Source: Chromatiales bacterium
GTDB taxonomy: Bacteria > Pseudomonadota > Gammaproteobacteria > SpSt-1174
DNA: 64,000 nucleotides
Direction: 5' to 3'
NCBI GenBank assembly: GCA_014762505.1
Contig: JABURS010000029.1
Location: 60,178 to 124,177 of the forward strand
A program made the translations under genes and the position numbers. Below, in pieces: positions 31,193 to 48,650 of the stretch; position 1 is the stretch's first letter; each line of letters starts with the position of its first letter. The notes under the pieces are model-generated. The model worked only from the letters and a program-made list of their open reading frames with translations, searched no databases and was not told the origin of the DNA.

Positions 31193-32764
31193 ATGGACAG
31201 CCACATCCTCTCCGCCGACAGCCTCGACCGCCTGGGCCTCGACCAGCAGCCCTTCCTGTCCCAGTGGCAGGATGCCTTCGCCTTCGGCGACGCCTCGCTG
31301 GACATGACGATCAACGTCTGCCTGGAGCATCTGCGCGACGCCTCCCCACCCATTCTCATCAAGGGCGAGCACGGCATCGGCAAGAGCGCCCAGCTGCAGC
31401 GGCTGATGGCCCGCGGGGACGACCTGCACTGCTGCCTCATCCAGGCCGGCCCCGAGACCAGCATGGCCGCCGTCGACCATGCCGTGCGCCTGGCCTGGCA
31501 ACCGCATCCGCGCCACGGCGACCCCAAGCAGCTATCCCTGGACCGCTTCCTCGCCGCACTCTGCGAGGACGGCATGCGCCCCGTCCTGGTGGTGGACGAC
31601 GCCCACCACCTCGAGCCCAAGGTGCTCGGCACCCTGCTCAACCTCAAGCAGCACATGCACGACAGGCTCGGCCAGACCATCGGCCTGGTGCTGGCGGCCG
31701 AGCGCGGCATCGACGCCACCCTCTCCCTGCTGGAGGGCCGGCTGCGCATCGTCGGCACGCTCTATACCATCGCCGCACGCCCCCTCAACCGCGAACAGAC
31801 CACCGCCTACCTCGAGCATCGCCTGCGGGCCGCCGGGCTGACCGGCCCCATGCCCCTGGGCGCCCAGGACATCGAGGCGATCCAGCAGCAAAGCGGTGGC
31901 CTGCCGGGGGACATCAACCGGCTGGCCGTCGCCCGTCTCCAGACCGCGGTCGCAGGGTCATCTGCCCGGACAGGGGACGACGGCGCGACGGCCCTCCCCA
32001 GCCGCCTGTTGATGCCGGCCGCCATCACCCTCGTCGTGCTGGGCCTGCTGGCCGCCCTCTACGGGCTCATCGCCGGTCTGCTCACCCCCGAGGAGGAGGT
32101 CAGCACCCCGCGCATCGAGGCCGGCAGCGAACGGCTCGCCCTGCCTGCCCCCGAGACCACCGCACCGGCCGCGCCTCGCACGCCGGCACCCGCCCCGGTC
32201 ACGGCCACCCCCGGATCGGAGTTGCCGAGCCCGCCCGAAGAGGCCGTGCCCCGCGCATCCACCACGCCCCCGGAAGAGGAACCGCCGGTCACGGAGCCAC
32301 CGCCCGCACGGATGGCCTTCGATTTCTCCGAACCACCCGTGCTGCCGGAACCGGCCGAGCCGCCTCCCGCCAGGGCCGAAGCCGAAACCCGGCCCGCACC
32401 GGCCCCGACCGTCACCACCCGCCCCCGCGCGGAGGCCGCGCCCCCGCAGGCGACCCGCGGTACCCTGCACGATGCCCTCTGGCTCCTGCGCCAGGACCCC
32501 GAGCACTACACCATCCAGGCACTCGCCGTCTCCACCGAGGCCGCAGCCCGCCGCTTCTACGAGACCGCCGCCCCGGGACTGGAGGCCGGCCTGGCCCCCA
32601 CCCGGCGCGCCGGACAGACCTGGCATGTCCTGGTGCTCGGCACCTACCCCGATGCCGACACCGCCCGCCGGGCCATCCCCGCCCTCCCCGAGCCCGTGCA
32701 GAAAAACCGCCCCTTCATCCGCCGTATCGGCGACCTGCAGGAGGCCATCCTCGCCGCCCGCTGA
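31193..32764 (+). CDS. DamX/PA5037-like protein: ExeA-like AAA N-domain, TM, Pro-rich linker, C-terminal SPOR domain
   Basis: GEHGIGKS P-loop; hydrophobic segment AAITLVVLGLLAALYGLIAGLL; PAPAP-rich linker; C-terminal SPOR-like ~80 aa; position after aroB as damX in E. coli. Confidence 0.7.
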   Translation: MDSHILSADSLDRLGLDQQPFLSQWQDAFAFGDASLDMTINVCLEHLRDASPPILIKGEHGIGKSAQLQRLMARGDDLHCCLIQAGPETSMAAVDHAVRLAWQPHPRHGDPKQLSLDRFLAALCEDGMRPVLVVDDAHHLEPKVLGTLLNLKQHMHDRLGQTIGLVLAAERGIDATLSLLEGRLRIVGTLYTIAARPLNREQTTAYLEHRLRAAGLTGPMPLGAQDIEAIQQQSGGLPGDINRLAVARLQTAVAGSSARTGDDGATALPSRLLMPAAITLVVLGLLAALYGLIAGLLTPEEEVSTPRIEAGSERLALPAPETTAPAAPRTPAPAPVTATPGSELPSPPEEAVPRASTTPPEEEPPVTEPPPARMAFDFSEPPVLPEPAEPPPARAEAETRPAPAPTVTTRPRAEAAPPQATRGTLHDALWLLRQDPEHYTIQALAVSTEAAARRFYETAAPGLEAGLAPTRRAGQTWHVLVLGTYPDADTARRAIPALPEPVQKNRPFIRRIGDLQEAILAAR

Positions 32765-32806
32765 CGCCCCGCAGCCCGGCGCCACGCCCTTTTGCGCGCG
32801 TGCGAA

Positions 32807-32836
32807 TTGAACGCCAACCCCCGCCGGCCTTATACT
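32807..32836 (+). promoter_or_regulatory. candidate sigma70 promoter TTGAAC-N18-TATACT for gltB
   Basis: Read directly; followed in the leader by hairpin CGCCCGGC-N11-GCCGGGCG (32855-32881). Confidence 0.4.
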
Positions 32837-32926
32837 ACTAGACCTTTTGGCTACCGCCCGGCCACCTCCCTTCGCCGGGCGTTCGTGTCTGTAATGCCAG
32901 GCCGAATTCAACGGAGACCTGCGTAA

Positions 32927-37390
<4,464 letters not shown>

Positions 37391-37399
37391 TCGTGGATC

Positions 37400-37432
37400 G
37401 CGGGCCGCAGGCGCCAGGCGCTTGCGGCCCGC
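37400..37432 (+). other. GC-rich hairpin (10-bp stem GCGGGCCGCA/TGCGGCCCGC) between gltB and dnaG, no U-tract
   Basis: Seen directly; candidate partial terminator or processing site. Confidence 0.35.
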
Positions 37433-37458
37433 GGGCGATCGGCTGACACTGTCCCTCC

Positions 37459-39216
37459 ATGGCCGGCCGCATCCCGCAGCACTTCATCGACGAGCTCCTC
37501 GCCCGCGTCGACATCGTCGACGTGATCGACGCCCGCGTGCCGCTGAAAAAGCGCGGCCGCGAACACGTCGCCTGCTGTCCCTTCCACAGCGAGAAGACCC
37601 CCTCCTTCTACGTCAGCCCGCAGAAGCAGTTCTATCACTGCTTCGGCTGCGGGGCGCACGGCACCGCGCTCGGCTTCCTGATGGAATACGAGCACATGGA
37701 CTTCGTCGAGGCCATCGAGCAGCTGGCCGGCTCCATCGGGCTGGAGGTGCCGCGCGAGGGCGGCGAGGCCCCGGCCCGGCCGAAGCGCGAATTCGAGGCC
37801 CTCTACGGCGTCATGGAACAGGCCGCCGAGTACTATCGTCAGCAGCTGCGCCACAGCCCGCGGGCGGTGGACTACCTCAAGGGCCGGGGGCTCTCCGGCC
37901 AGGTGGCCGCCGACTACGGACTGGGTTACGCCCCGGCGGGCTGGGACGGCCTGCTGCAGCAGCTGGGCAGCGGCGCCGCAGCGGCCATGCACCAGGCCGG
38001 CCTGCTGATCCAGAAGGACAGCGGTGGCTACTACGACCGCTTCCGCGACCGCGTGATGTTCCCCATCCGCGACCGGCGCGGCCGGGTGATCGCCTTCGGC
38101 GGCCGCATCCTCGACCAGGGCGAACCCAAGTACCTCAACTCGCCCGAGACCCCCATCTTCCACAAGGGGCGCGAACTCTACGGGCTCTACGAGGCACGCA
38201 AGGCCTCCTCGCGGCTCGAGCGCATCCTCGTGGTCGAGGGCTACATGGACGTGATCGCGCTGGCCCAGCACGGCATCACCAACGCCGTCGCCACCCTGGG
38301 CACCGCCACCACCGGCGAGCACCTGGAGACCCTGTACCGCGTGGTGCCGAGCGTCGTGTTCTGCTTCGACGGCGACCGTGCCGGCCGGCAGGCCGCCTGG
38401 CGGGCCCTGGAGCATGCCCTGCCGGTGCTGCGCGACGGGCTGGAGGCCTATTGCCTGTTCCTGCCCGAGGGCGAGGACCCGGACACCCTGGTGCGCCAGC
38501 TCGGCCGCGAGGGCTTCGAGAAGGCGGTGGACGGCGCCATGGGCCTGTCCGACTTCCTCATCCAGGGCCTGCGGGAGCGGCACAACGTGCTGAGCCACGA
38601 GGGGCGCGCCCACCTGGCCGACGATGCGCGCAAGCTCATCCGGGAACTCACCCCCGGCTTCTTGCGCGAACAACTGCTCACCGAGCTCGCGCGGCTGCTG
38701 AACCTCAGTCCGGAACGCCTGGAGCGCCACCTCGGCGACGCGGACGCGGCGCCCCTGCCCGAGGCCACGCCCCGCCCCCAGCGCGCCCCCGCGCGTCACC
38801 AGCTGCACATGACTCCGGTACGCCTGGCCATCGCCCTGCTGCTCATCCAGCCGGCGCTGGCCACCGCGCTCGAACCGGTGCCGGAGCTGGTCACCCCGGA
38901 CATCCCGGGCAGCGAGCTGCTGGTGGAGCTGCTTGAAACCGCCCGCAGCAGCCCCCATCTCAGTACGGCGGCGATGATCGAACGCTTCCGCGAGCGGCAG
39001 GAATACCCACATCTACTAAAATTGCTGGAGTGGGAACCGGCCGCGAGCGACGACGACACCCTCCGCCGGATGTTCCTGGACGCCATCACGCGCCTGGTCT
39101 CGAAACGTGCCGAACTGCGCACCGAGCACCTGCTGCACAAGTCCCGCGTCCAGGGGCTGGATCCCGAGGAAAAGGCCGAACTCAACGCCCTGCTGAGCCG
39201 CCGGGCGACCCGCTGA
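37459..39216 (+). CDS. dnaG: DNA primase
   Basis: Zinc finger CCPFHSEKTPSF...HCFGCGAHG, TOPRIM domain. Confidence 0.95.
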   Translation: MAGRIPQHFIDELLARVDIVDVIDARVPLKKRGREHVACCPFHSEKTPSFYVSPQKQFYHCFGCGAHGTALGFLMEYEHMDFVEAIEQLAGSIGLEVPREGGEAPARPKREFEALYGVMEQAAEYYRQQLRHSPRAVDYLKGRGLSGQVAADYGLGYAPAGWDGLLQQLGSGAAAAMHQAGLLIQKDSGGYYDRFRDRVMFPIRDRRGRVIAFGGRILDQGEPKYLNSPETPIFHKGRELYGLYEARKASSRLERILVVEGYMDVIALAQHGITNAVATLGTATTGEHLETLYRVVPSVVFCFDGDRAGRQAAWRALEHALPVLRDGLEAYCLFLPEGEDPDTLVRQLGREGFEKAVDGAMGLSDFLIQGLRERHNVLSHEGRAHLADDARKLIRELTPGFLREQLLTELARLLNLSPERLERHLGDADAAPLPEATPRPQRAPARHQLHMTPVRLAIALLLIQPALATALEPVPELVTPDIPGSELLVELLETARSSPHLSTAAMIERFRERQEYPHLLKLLEWEPAASDDDTLRRMFLDAITRLVSKRAELRTEHLLHKSRVQGLDPEEKAELNALLSRRATR

Positions 39217-39280
39217 ACCGGCGGATCCGGCCTCCCGGACAGGACGTCCCGGGGCACGCCCCCTCGTAGAACCCGCCGAT

Positions 39281-39292
39281 TTGTGATATAAA
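39281..39292 (+). promoter_or_regulatory. candidate extended -10 (TGaTATAAA) promoter for rpoD
   Basis: TGTGATATAAAG read directly about 50 nt upstream of the rpoD ATG; no good -35. Confidence 0.25.
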
Positions 39293-39343
39293 GTCGGGTT
39301 CACTTTTGCCATTCAACACCAGATTTCACAGGCACCTACGCGA

Positions 39344-41209
<1,866 letters not shown>

Positions 41210-41222
41210 GCCCCGTCCGCTA

Positions 41223-41250
41223 GGGGATCGAAGGCTGGCCTTCGATCCCC
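41223..41250 (+). other. perfect 12-bp hairpin GGGGATCGAAGG-ctgg-CCTTCGATCCCC after rpoD
   Basis: Seen directly; no U-tract; lies between rpoD and the tRNA. Confidence 0.4.
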
Positions 41251-41275
41251 TGCGCCTATATGCTTGGCCACTTTC

Positions 41276-41352
<77 letters not shown>

Positions 41353-41383
41353 CTCCCTTCCCGGCCCGCCATCCGACGGGCAC

Positions 41384-41410
41384 AAAAAAGGCGCCACAGG
41401 CGCCTTTTTT
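41384..41410. terminator. bidirectional intrinsic terminator AAAAAA-GGCGCC-aca-GGCGCC-TTTTTT
   Basis: A-tract and T-tract flank the hairpin; lies between the tRNA (+) and gpmI (-). Confidence 0.65.
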
Positions 41411-41430
41411 GTGCCATGAACGCAGGCGGA

Positions 41431-42978
41431 TCAGGCCATCTTGATCTCTTCCAGCAGCATGGTCTTGCCCTTCATCGCCTTGGGCTTGGGGAGGCCCATG
41501 AGCTGCAGCACGGTGGGGGCGATGCAGGACAGCCCGCCGCCGGTGGCCAACCGCCAGGTCGACTGGTCGATGACCATCAGTGGTACCGGATAGACGGTGT
41601 GCTGGGTATGCGGCTCGCCGGTGATCGGATCGACGTACTCGTCGCAGTTGCCGTGATCGGCGGTGAGGACGACCGAATACTCGCATTCCACCGCCTTGTC
41701 GAGCACACGGCCGACCTCGCGGTCCAGGGCCTCCACGGCCTGCACCACGGCCTCGGGCACGGCGGTATGACCCACCATGTCGCCGTTGGCGAAATTGACG
41801 ATGATGAAGGCGTACTTGCGCTCCTCCATGGCCTTGATGACCTCATCGGCCACCTGGGCGGCGCTCATCTCCGGCTGCTGGTCATAGGTATCCACGGACG
41901 GCGACGGCACCATCACCCGGTCCTCGCCGGCGAACGGCTCCTCGCGCCCCCCGTTGAGGAAGAAGGTGACGTGGGCATATTTCTCGGTCTCGGCGCAGTG
42001 GAACTGCTTGTAGCCGGCCAGGCTCACGACCTCGGCCAGGGTGGTGGCCGGCCGCTCGGGCGGGAAGCCGATGGGCGAGAGCAGCTTGGGATCGTATTCG
42101 GTGAGACAGGTGACGGTAATCGGCTGGTAATCGCCGCGATTGAAGCCGTCGAAGGCCTCCAGCGCCAGCGCCTCTGCCAGCTGGCGCGGGCGGTCGTTGC
42201 GGAAGTTGAAGAACACCAGCGAGTCGCCCGGCTGCACCGTCTCGGCATGCGGCAGGATCAGCGGCTTGATGAACTCGTCGGTCTGCCCCTCCTCATAGGC
42301 GGCCAGGATGCCGGCCTCGGCAGAGGGCACGGACTTGCCCTCGCCGTTGACGATGGCGTCCCAGGCCAGCTTGGTGCGGTCCCAGCGGTTGTCGCGGTCC
42401 ATGGCCCAGTAGCGGCCGCAGATGGTCGCGATCGAGCCGCCGGCCTTGTCCAGCCGCTTCATGAGCTCGGGGAGGAAGCTGGTGGCCGACTTGGGTGCCG
42501 TGTCGCGGCCATCGGTGATCATGTGCACCACCGGCTTCACGCCGGCCTTGCGACACATCTTGATCAGTGCCAGCAGGTGCTTGATGTGGCTGTGCACCCC
42601 GCCGTTGGAGACCAGCCCGAGCAGGTGCAGGGGGCGCTCGGCCGCCTTGGCCGCCTGCACCGCGGCGAGCAGGGCACTGTTCTCGGCGAAGCTGCCGTCG
42701 GAGATGGCGTCGTCGATACGCACCAGGTCCTGCCGCACCACCGAGCCACAGCCGATGGTGAGGTGCCCGACCTCCGAGTTGCCCATCTGCCCCACCGGCA
42801 GACCCACGGCGCGGCCGGAGGCCTCGATGCAGGTATGCGGGTAACGGGAGAAATACTCGTCCAGCCGCGGCGTGGTCGCCTCGTGGACGGCATTGTTCAC
42901 CTTGGATGGATTGACGCCGACCCCATCCATGATGATGAGGATCGTCGGGCGTCGGGGCGCTGGGCGTTCGTCGGCCAT
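41431..42978 (-). CDS. gpmI: 2,3-bisphosphoglycerate-independent phosphoglycerate mutase
   Basis: 515 aa; MADERPAPRRPTILIIMDGVG... with the GNSEVGH motif. Confidence 0.93.
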   Translation of the reverse strand: MADERPAPRRPTILIIMDGVGVNPSKVNNAVHEATTPRLDEYFSRYPHTCIEASGRAVGLPVGQMGNSEVGHLTIGCGSVVRQDLVRIDDAISDGSFAENSALLAAVQAAKAAERPLHLLGLVSNGGVHSHIKHLLALIKMCRKAGVKPVVHMITDGRDTAPKSATSFLPELMKRLDKAGGSIATICGRYWAMDRDNRWDRTKLAWDAIVNGEGKSVPSAEAGILAAYEEGQTDEFIKPLILPHAETVQPGDSLVFFNFRNDRPRQLAEALALEAFDGFNRGDYQPITVTCLTEYDPKLLSPIGFPPERPATTLAEVVSLAGYKQFHCAETEKYAHVTFFLNGGREEPFAGEDRVMVPSPSVDTYDQQPEMSAAQVADEVIKAMEERKYAFIIVNFANGDMVGHTAVPEAVVQAVEALDREVGRVLDKAVECEYSVVLTADHGNCDEYVDPITGEPHTQHTVYPVPLMVIDQSTWRLATGGGLSCIAPTVLQLMGLPKPKAMKGKTMLLEEIKMA

Positions 42979-43071
42979 GGGCGTTTTCGCACTCCTGGGA
43001 AGCGTGGATTACTCGCGGGAAAGGGGAATTCTAGCAAGTTCGGCCCATCAAGTCGCGACGGGGCCGGCAAT

Positions 43072-44010
43072 TCAGGGCTTGCCGTCGTCCTCCGGCGGCC
43101 GGATCTGGCGCTCGCGCAGCGCCTCTTCGGCCTCGGCACGCTCGATGGCATCGAGCTCGGCATCCATCTCCTCGTCGCTGAGCGGCCGGTACTCATCCTC
43201 GTCCGCCGCGTCTTCCGCCGCCTGCTTCTTCAGGAAGACGCGCGAGACGATCAGGCCGATCTCGAACAGCAACCACATGGGGACTGCCAGCATCACCTGG
43301 GAGATGACGTCCGGGGGCGTCATGAACATGCCGATGATGAAGGCCCCGACCACCACATAGGGGCGCTTGGCGGCGAGCCCGTCGGGCGTGGCGATGCCGC
43401 TGGCGACCAGCAGCACGGTGGCCACCGGCACCTCGAAGGCGATACCGAAGGCGAAATACAGCATCAGCGAGAAGTCGTAATAGGCGGCGATGTCCGGCAT
43501 CACCGCCACGCCCGCGGGGGCGAAGCTGATGAGAAAGCGCATCACCATCGGCACCACCACGAGGTAGGCAAAGGCCACCCCGAGGTAGAAGAGGAGTACG
43601 CTGGACACCAGCAGGGGCGCGGCCAGCCGCTTCTCGTGGCGATAGAGGCCAGGGGCGACGAAGCCCCAGATCTGGTACAGCAGGTACGGCAGGGTCACCA
43701 CCACGACCAGCAGCAGCAGCAGCTTGAGCTGCACCATGATGAGATCCATGGGCTTGGTGCTGATCTGCTGCACCTCGGTGGGCAGCTTGTCCTCCTCGCC
43801 GAGGCTGGGCGCGATATCGACGATGGGAGCGTTCAGCGGGGCGGAGAACCAGGTGAAGATCTCCTGGGAGAAGGGCAGCAACACCAGCAGGCCCACCACC
43901 AGCACCAGCACGATGCGTAGCAGGCGGTCGCGCAGCTCGAACAGATGGGCGAGAAACCCCTGCTCCTGCGTCTCCTCCTGGGCGTCCGGGTTATTGCGGC
44001 TTTCGCTCAT
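43072..44010 (-). CDS. tatC: twin-arginine translocase subunit TatC
   Basis: 6-TM TatC; likely start MSESRNNPDAQ (track ORF extended to 44037). Confidence 0.88.
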   Translation of the reverse strand: MSESRNNPDAQEETQEQGFLAHLFELRDRLLRIVLVLVVGLLVLLPFSQEIFTWFSAPLNAPIVDIAPSLGEEDKLPTEVQQISTKPMDLIMVQLKLLLLLVVVVTLPYLLYQIWGFVAPGLYRHEKRLAAPLLVSSVLLFYLGVAFAYLVVVPMVMRFLISFAPAGVAVMPDIAAYYDFSLMLYFAFGIAFEVPVATVLLVASGIATPDGLAAKRPYVVVGAFIIGMFMTPPDVISQVMLAVPMWLLFEIGLIVSRVFLKKQAAEDAADEDEYRPLSDEEMDAELDAIERAEAEEALRERQIRPPEDDGKP

Positions 44011-44395
44011 GCGAACTCGCGTCGTCGGCGGGGGCATCTGCGGGCTTCTCGATGCGCGGGGCGGTCTCGTTCGCCGGTTCCCTGGCCGGGGACTCGTCGG
44101 CGATGGCGCGCACCAGGTAACCGGTGTCGTCCACCTCCTGCTTCACCTGCTCGCGCGTCTCGTCCATCATGCGCTTGAGGCGGTTGAGCTCCTCTTCCTG
44201 CTCACCCAGCATGCGCTTGAATTCGTCGGCCTGGAACTCGCGTTCGATGTCCGAGCGCATGCTCTGCACGTAGGAGCGGGCACGGCCCACCCAGTAGCCG
44301 GCCTTGCGCGCAAGGCCGGGCAGGCGCTCGGGCCCGACAACGAGCAGCGCCACCACCATGATGAGCAGGAATTCCGTGATCCCGGCGTCGAACAT
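43991..44395 (-). CDS. tatB: twin-arginine translocase subunit TatB
   Basis: MFDAGITEFLLIMVVALLVVGPERLP... Confidence 0.88.
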   Translation of the reverse strand: MFDAGITEFLLIMVVALLVVGPERLPGLARKAGYWVGRARSYVQSMRSDIEREFQADEFKRMLGEQEEELNRLKRMMDETREQVKQEVDDTGYLVRAIADESPAREPANETAPRIEKPADAPADDASSHERKPQ

Positions 44396-44454
44396 CGCGT
44401 CCGTCCCGATCAGTCCCGCCGCGGCTCAGCGGCCGCGCGACGGACCGAAGGCCC

Positions 44455-44694
44455 TCAGGCCTTGTCCTTGTCTTCTTTCTTGACCTCGGCGTCGATCACC
44501 CGGCCCTGCTTGTCCTGGTCCTCGACCTTGGCCTTCGCGGTGTCGTCCTCGCCGTCCTTCACGGACTTCTTGAAGCTCTTGATCGCCCCACCGAGATCGC
44601 TGCCGATGTTGCGCAGGCGCTTGGTGCCGAACAACAGCAGCACGATGGCCAGGATGAGCAGCAGCGACCAGGGACTGATTCCACCAAAACCCAT
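44455..44694 (-). CDS. tatA: twin-arginine translocase subunit TatA
   Basis: [35 protein letters not shown]... Confidence 0.9.
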   Translation of the reverse strand: MGFGGISPWSLLLILAIVLLLFGTKRLRNIGSDLGGAIKSFKKSVKDGEDDTAKAKVEDQDKQGRVIDAEVKKEDKDKA

Positions 44695-44753
44695 AACAGT
44701 AATCTCCTAAGAAAATGCGTCACACAGCGCGGATGACGATATGGCGCGCCTGT

Positions 44754-45077
44754 CTATTCCCCGCGCTGCGCCTTTTCCTCCAGGCCGGAGAGGCCGAAGC
44801 GCCGGTCCAGCTCGGCCAGCACCTCGCGCGGCCCGAGGCCCTGCTGGGCCAGCAGCACCAGGGTATGAAACCACAGATCCGCGACCTCATAAACGATCTT
44901 GTCGGGCTGCCCGTCCTTGGCGGCCATGACCGTCTCGGTGGCCTCCTCGCCGACCTTCTTGAGGATGGCGTCCAGCCCCTTGGCGTAGAGCCTTGCCACG
45001 TAGGAGCTGTCGGGATCGGCCTGCTTGCGGTCTTCGAGCACCGCGGCCAGGCGCTCGAGGATCTGCGTCTCGTTCAT
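44754..45077 (-). CDS. hisE: phosphoribosyl-ATP pyrophosphatase
   Basis: 107 aa HisE. Confidence 0.9.
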   Translation of the reverse strand: MNETQILERLAAVLEDRKQADPDSSYVARLYAKGLDAILKKVGEEATETVMAAKDGQPDKIVYEVADLWFHTLVLLAQQGLGPREVLAELDRRFGLSGLEEKAQRGE

Positions 45078-45460
45078 CCGTAGATCTCTTTCGGGTCCTT
45101 GAGCACGGGCTCGACCTCGACCCAGCGCCCGTCCTCGAGGCGGTGATAAAAACAGTTGTGCCTGCCTGTATGACAGGCGATACCGCCCAGCTGTTCAACC
45201 TCGAGCAGGATGACATCGCGGTCGCAGTCCAGGCGGATCTCGTGGACCTTCTGCACGTGACCGGAGGATTCGCCCTTGTGCCAGAGGCGCCCGCGGGAGC
45301 GCGACCAGTACACGGCCTCGCCCAGCTCGGCGGTGCGGGCCAGGGCCTCGCGATTCATCCAGGCGAACATCAGCACCTTGCCGGTGGCGGCCTCCTGGGC
45401 AATGACCGGCACCAGGCCGTCGGCGGTCCAGGTGATTTGATCGAGCCAGCTGTCGGACAT
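45074..45460 (-). CDS. hisI: phosphoribosyl-AMP cyclohydrolase
   Basis: 128 aa HisI. Confidence 0.9.
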   Translation of the reverse strand: MSDSWLDQITWTADGLVPVIAQEAATGKVLMFAWMNREALARTAELGEAVYWSRSRGRLWHKGESSGHVQKVHEIRLDCDRDVILLEVEQLGGIACHTGRHNCFYHRLEDGRWVEVEPVLKDPKEIYG

Positions 45461-45517
45461 GCTTGATACGCGATAGATAAGGGGTCGGACGGGTCAGTCT
45501 AGCACAGCCCACTGGGC

Positions 45518-45672
45518 CTAGCAGGCCGTTGAAAAACGGCCTGCTAAGGCAAGCCACGGATAGCTTGCGCGAACATCAATCACGCCAAGTGATTGATGTT
45601 CGGAGGCCGTCGCGAATTCACTTCGCGACGTGCCGAGTTGAAAAAAGGCAGGAAAGCCCTTTTTCAATATCC
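45518..45672. repeat. array of 4-5 consecutive perfect hairpins in the hisF-hisI intercistronic region
   Basis: 12-bp stem TAGCAGGCCGTT-gaaa-AACGGCCTGCTA (45518-45545); GCAAGC-N8-GCTTGC (45549-45568); 13-bp stem GAACATCAATCAC-gccaa-GTGATTGATGTTC (45570-45600); 9-bp stem CGTCGCGAA-ttcac-TTCGCGACG (45607-45629); imperfect TTGAAAAAAGGC-agga-AAGCCCTTTTTCAA (45636-45672). Confidence 0.6.
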
Positions 45673-45674
45673 TG

Positions 45675-46442
<768 letters not shown>

Positions 46443-46449
46443 GCGCAGG

Positions 46450-47196
46450 TCAGCCGCCGGCGGCGTCGTAACGGTCGGCCAGGGCCTGGGCCTCGGCCAG
46501 ATCGAGGGTGCCCTCGTAGAGGGCGCGACCCAGGATCGCGCCCTGGATGCCCTCTTCGCCGGTCTCGCACAGGGCCTTGATGTCATCGATATTGGTGACC
46601 CCGCCGGAGGCGATCACCGGGATGTGGATGGCCTCGGCCAGGCGGCGTGTGGCCTCGACGTTGACGCCCTGCATCATGCCGTCGCGCGAGATGTCGGTGT
46701 AGACGATGGCGGCCACGCCGTCGCTCTCGAAGTGCTGCGCCAGGTCGATGACGTCGTGGTGGGAGAGCTTGGACCAGCCGTCGATGGCCACCTTGCCGTC
46801 CTTCGCGTCCAGCCCGACGATGATGTGGCCGGGGAATTCCAGGCAGAGGTCGTTGACGAAGTGCGGGGCGCTCACCGCCTTGGTGCCGATGATGGTGTAC
46901 TGCACCCCGGCGTCCAGGTAGGCCTGCACCGTGTCCTCGTCCCGGATGCCGCCGCCGACCTGGATCGGGATGTCCGGGTGGGCGCGGGCGATGGCCTCGA
47001 TCACGCCCATGTTCATGGGCTTGCCGGCAAAGGCCCCGTCGAGGTCGACCAGGTGCAGACGGCGCGCCCCCTGGTCGACCCACTGCGTGGCGATGGCCAC
47101 CGGGTCGTCCGAGAACACGGTGGAGTCTTCCATGCGCCCCTGACGCAGGCGCACGCACTTGCCTTCTTTGAGATCGATGGCCGGTATCAGCAGCAT
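46450..47196 (-). CDS. hisA: ProFAR isomerase
   Basis: [20 protein letters not shown]... Confidence 0.92.
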   Translation of the reverse strand: MLLIPAIDLKEGKCVRLRQGRMEDSTVFSDDPVAIATQWVDQGARRLHLVDLDGAFAGKPMNMGVIEAIARAHPDIPIQVGGGIRDEDTVQAYLDAGVQYTIIGTKAVSAPHFVNDLCLEFPGHIIVGLDAKDGKVAIDGWSKLSHHDVIDLAQHFESDGVAAIVYTDISRDGMMQGVNVEATRRLAEAIHIPVIASGGVTNIDDIKALCETGEEGIQGAILGRALYEGTLDLAEAQALADRYDAAGG

Positions 47197-47223
47197 CGTT
47201 CCGTCCCCTGTTGATGACGTTGG

Positions 47224-47877
47224 TTAGGCCCGCCCGTCCCAGGCGGCGAAATTGGCCAGCAGACGCAGGCCGGCCTCGGCGCTTTTCTCGGGATGGCACT
47301 GGATGGCGAATACGTTAGCGCGGGCGATGGCCGAGGTAAAACGCAGGCCGTACTCGGTGGTGCCGGCGACCAGGTCGCGGTCCTCGGGCTCCAGGTAATA
47401 GCTGTGCACGAAGTAGAAACGGCTGTCCTGCGCGATGCCGGCCCACAGCGGGTGTGCCCGCTCCTGGTGCACCTGGTTCCAGCCCATGTGCGGGATCTTC
47501 AGGCGCTCGCCGCTGTGCGGATCGCGCAGGCCGGTGCCGAAGTACCGCACCCGTCCCGGAAACAGGCCGAGGCAGTCGGTACCGGCATTTTCCTCGGAGA
47601 AGTCCACCAGCACCTGCATGCCCATGCAGATGCCGAGGAAGGGCCGGGTGGCGGCCGCTTCGCGCACCGCCTCGCGCAGCCCGTGTTCCCCCAGGGCCAG
47701 CATGCAGTCGCGCGCCGCCCCCTGGCCCGGAAAGACCACGCGGTCGGCGGCCAGCACCTCGGCCGCATCGGAGGTAACCAGCACGCGCGTGCCGGCCGGG
47801 GCCACGTGTTCGCAGGCCTTGGCCACGGAACGCAGGTTGCCCATGCCGTAATCGATGACTGCCAGTGTCGTCATGTT
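47224..47877 (-). CDS. hisH: imidazole glycerol phosphate synthase glutaminase subunit
   Basis: [14 protein letters not shown]...GICMGMQ catalytic Cys; track ORF N-extended. Confidence 0.92.
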   Translation of the reverse strand, partial: NMTTLAVIDYGMGNLRSVAKACEHVAPAGTRVLVTSDAAEVLAADRVVFPGQGAARDCMLALGEHGLREAVREAAATRPFLGICMGMQVLVDFSEENAGTDCLGLFPGRVRYFGTGLRDPHSGERLKIPHMGWNQVHQERAHPLWAGIAQDSRFYFVHSYYLEPEDRDLVAGTTEYGLRFTSAIARANVFAIQCHPEKSAEAGLRLLANFAAWDGRA

Positions 47878-47948
47878 CGAAGAGACCGTGAGGACGGTGC
47901 CGGGGCGTGACGCTAGCCGGCCGGACACCGCCGGGTGGATTTCATCGC

Positions 47949-48542
47949 TTACAGCATGCCCTTGGTCGAGGGCGTGATGCCCTGCATGCGCGGATCCGGC
48001 TCCACGGCCATGCGCAGGGCGCGGCCAAAGGCCTTGAAGATGGTCTCGGCGATGTGGTGGGCGTTGCGACCCCGGATCGAGTCGATATGCACCGTCGCCC
48101 GGGCGTGATTGACGAAGCCCTGGAAGAACTCGCTGATGAGGTCCACGTCGAAATCGCCGATGCGCGCACGCGGGTAGTCGACATGGTAATCGAGCCCGGG
48201 ACGCCCGGAAAAATCGATCACCACGCGCGACAGCGCCTCGTCCAGCGGCACGTAGGCATGGCCGTAGCGACGAATGCCCTTCTTGTCGCCCAGCGCCTTG
48301 GCGAAGGCCTCGCCCAGCGTAATGCCGACGTCCTCCACCGTGTGGTGCGCGTCGATGTGCAGGTCGCCCTCGGCCTTCAGGTCGATATCGATCAGACCAT
48401 GGCGAGCCACCTGGTCGAGCATGTGCTCGAAGAACGGGATGCCGGTGGCAAAGGAGGCCTTGCCGGTGCCGTCGAGGTTGACGGTGGTGGTGATCTTCGT
48501 TTCCAGGGTGTCGCGGGAAACGGACGCGTTGCGTTCAGCCAT
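47949..48542 (-). CDS. hisB: imidazoleglycerol-phosphate dehydratase
   Basis: [27 protein letters not shown]...; track ORF carries a 119-aa spurious extension. Confidence 0.9.
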   Translation of the reverse strand: MAERNASVSRDTLETKITTTVNLDGTGKASFATGIPFFEHMLDQVARHGLIDIDLKAEGDLHIDAHHTVEDVGITLGEAFAKALGDKKGIRRYGHAYVPLDEALSRVVIDFSGRPGLDYHVDYPRARIGDFDVDLISEFFQGFVNHARATVHIDSIRGRNAHHIAETIFKAFGRALRMAVEPDPRMQGITPSTKGML

Positions 48543-48636
48543 GGGTCCTGCGGATTCGGGCATTGAAATAGGGTCGAAAATGATACCACAGATGTGGCCA
48601 CGGCAATCAGCAACCAGCGGCCCGGATGCCCGGCTG

Positions 48637-48650
48637 TTGATAAGGATCAG
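48637..48650. promoter_or_regulatory. FNR box TTGATaaggATCAG (9/10) in the hisB/anr divergent region
   Basis: Read directly, about 50 bp upstream of the anr ATG; CATAAT at 48661-48666. Confidence 0.4.
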
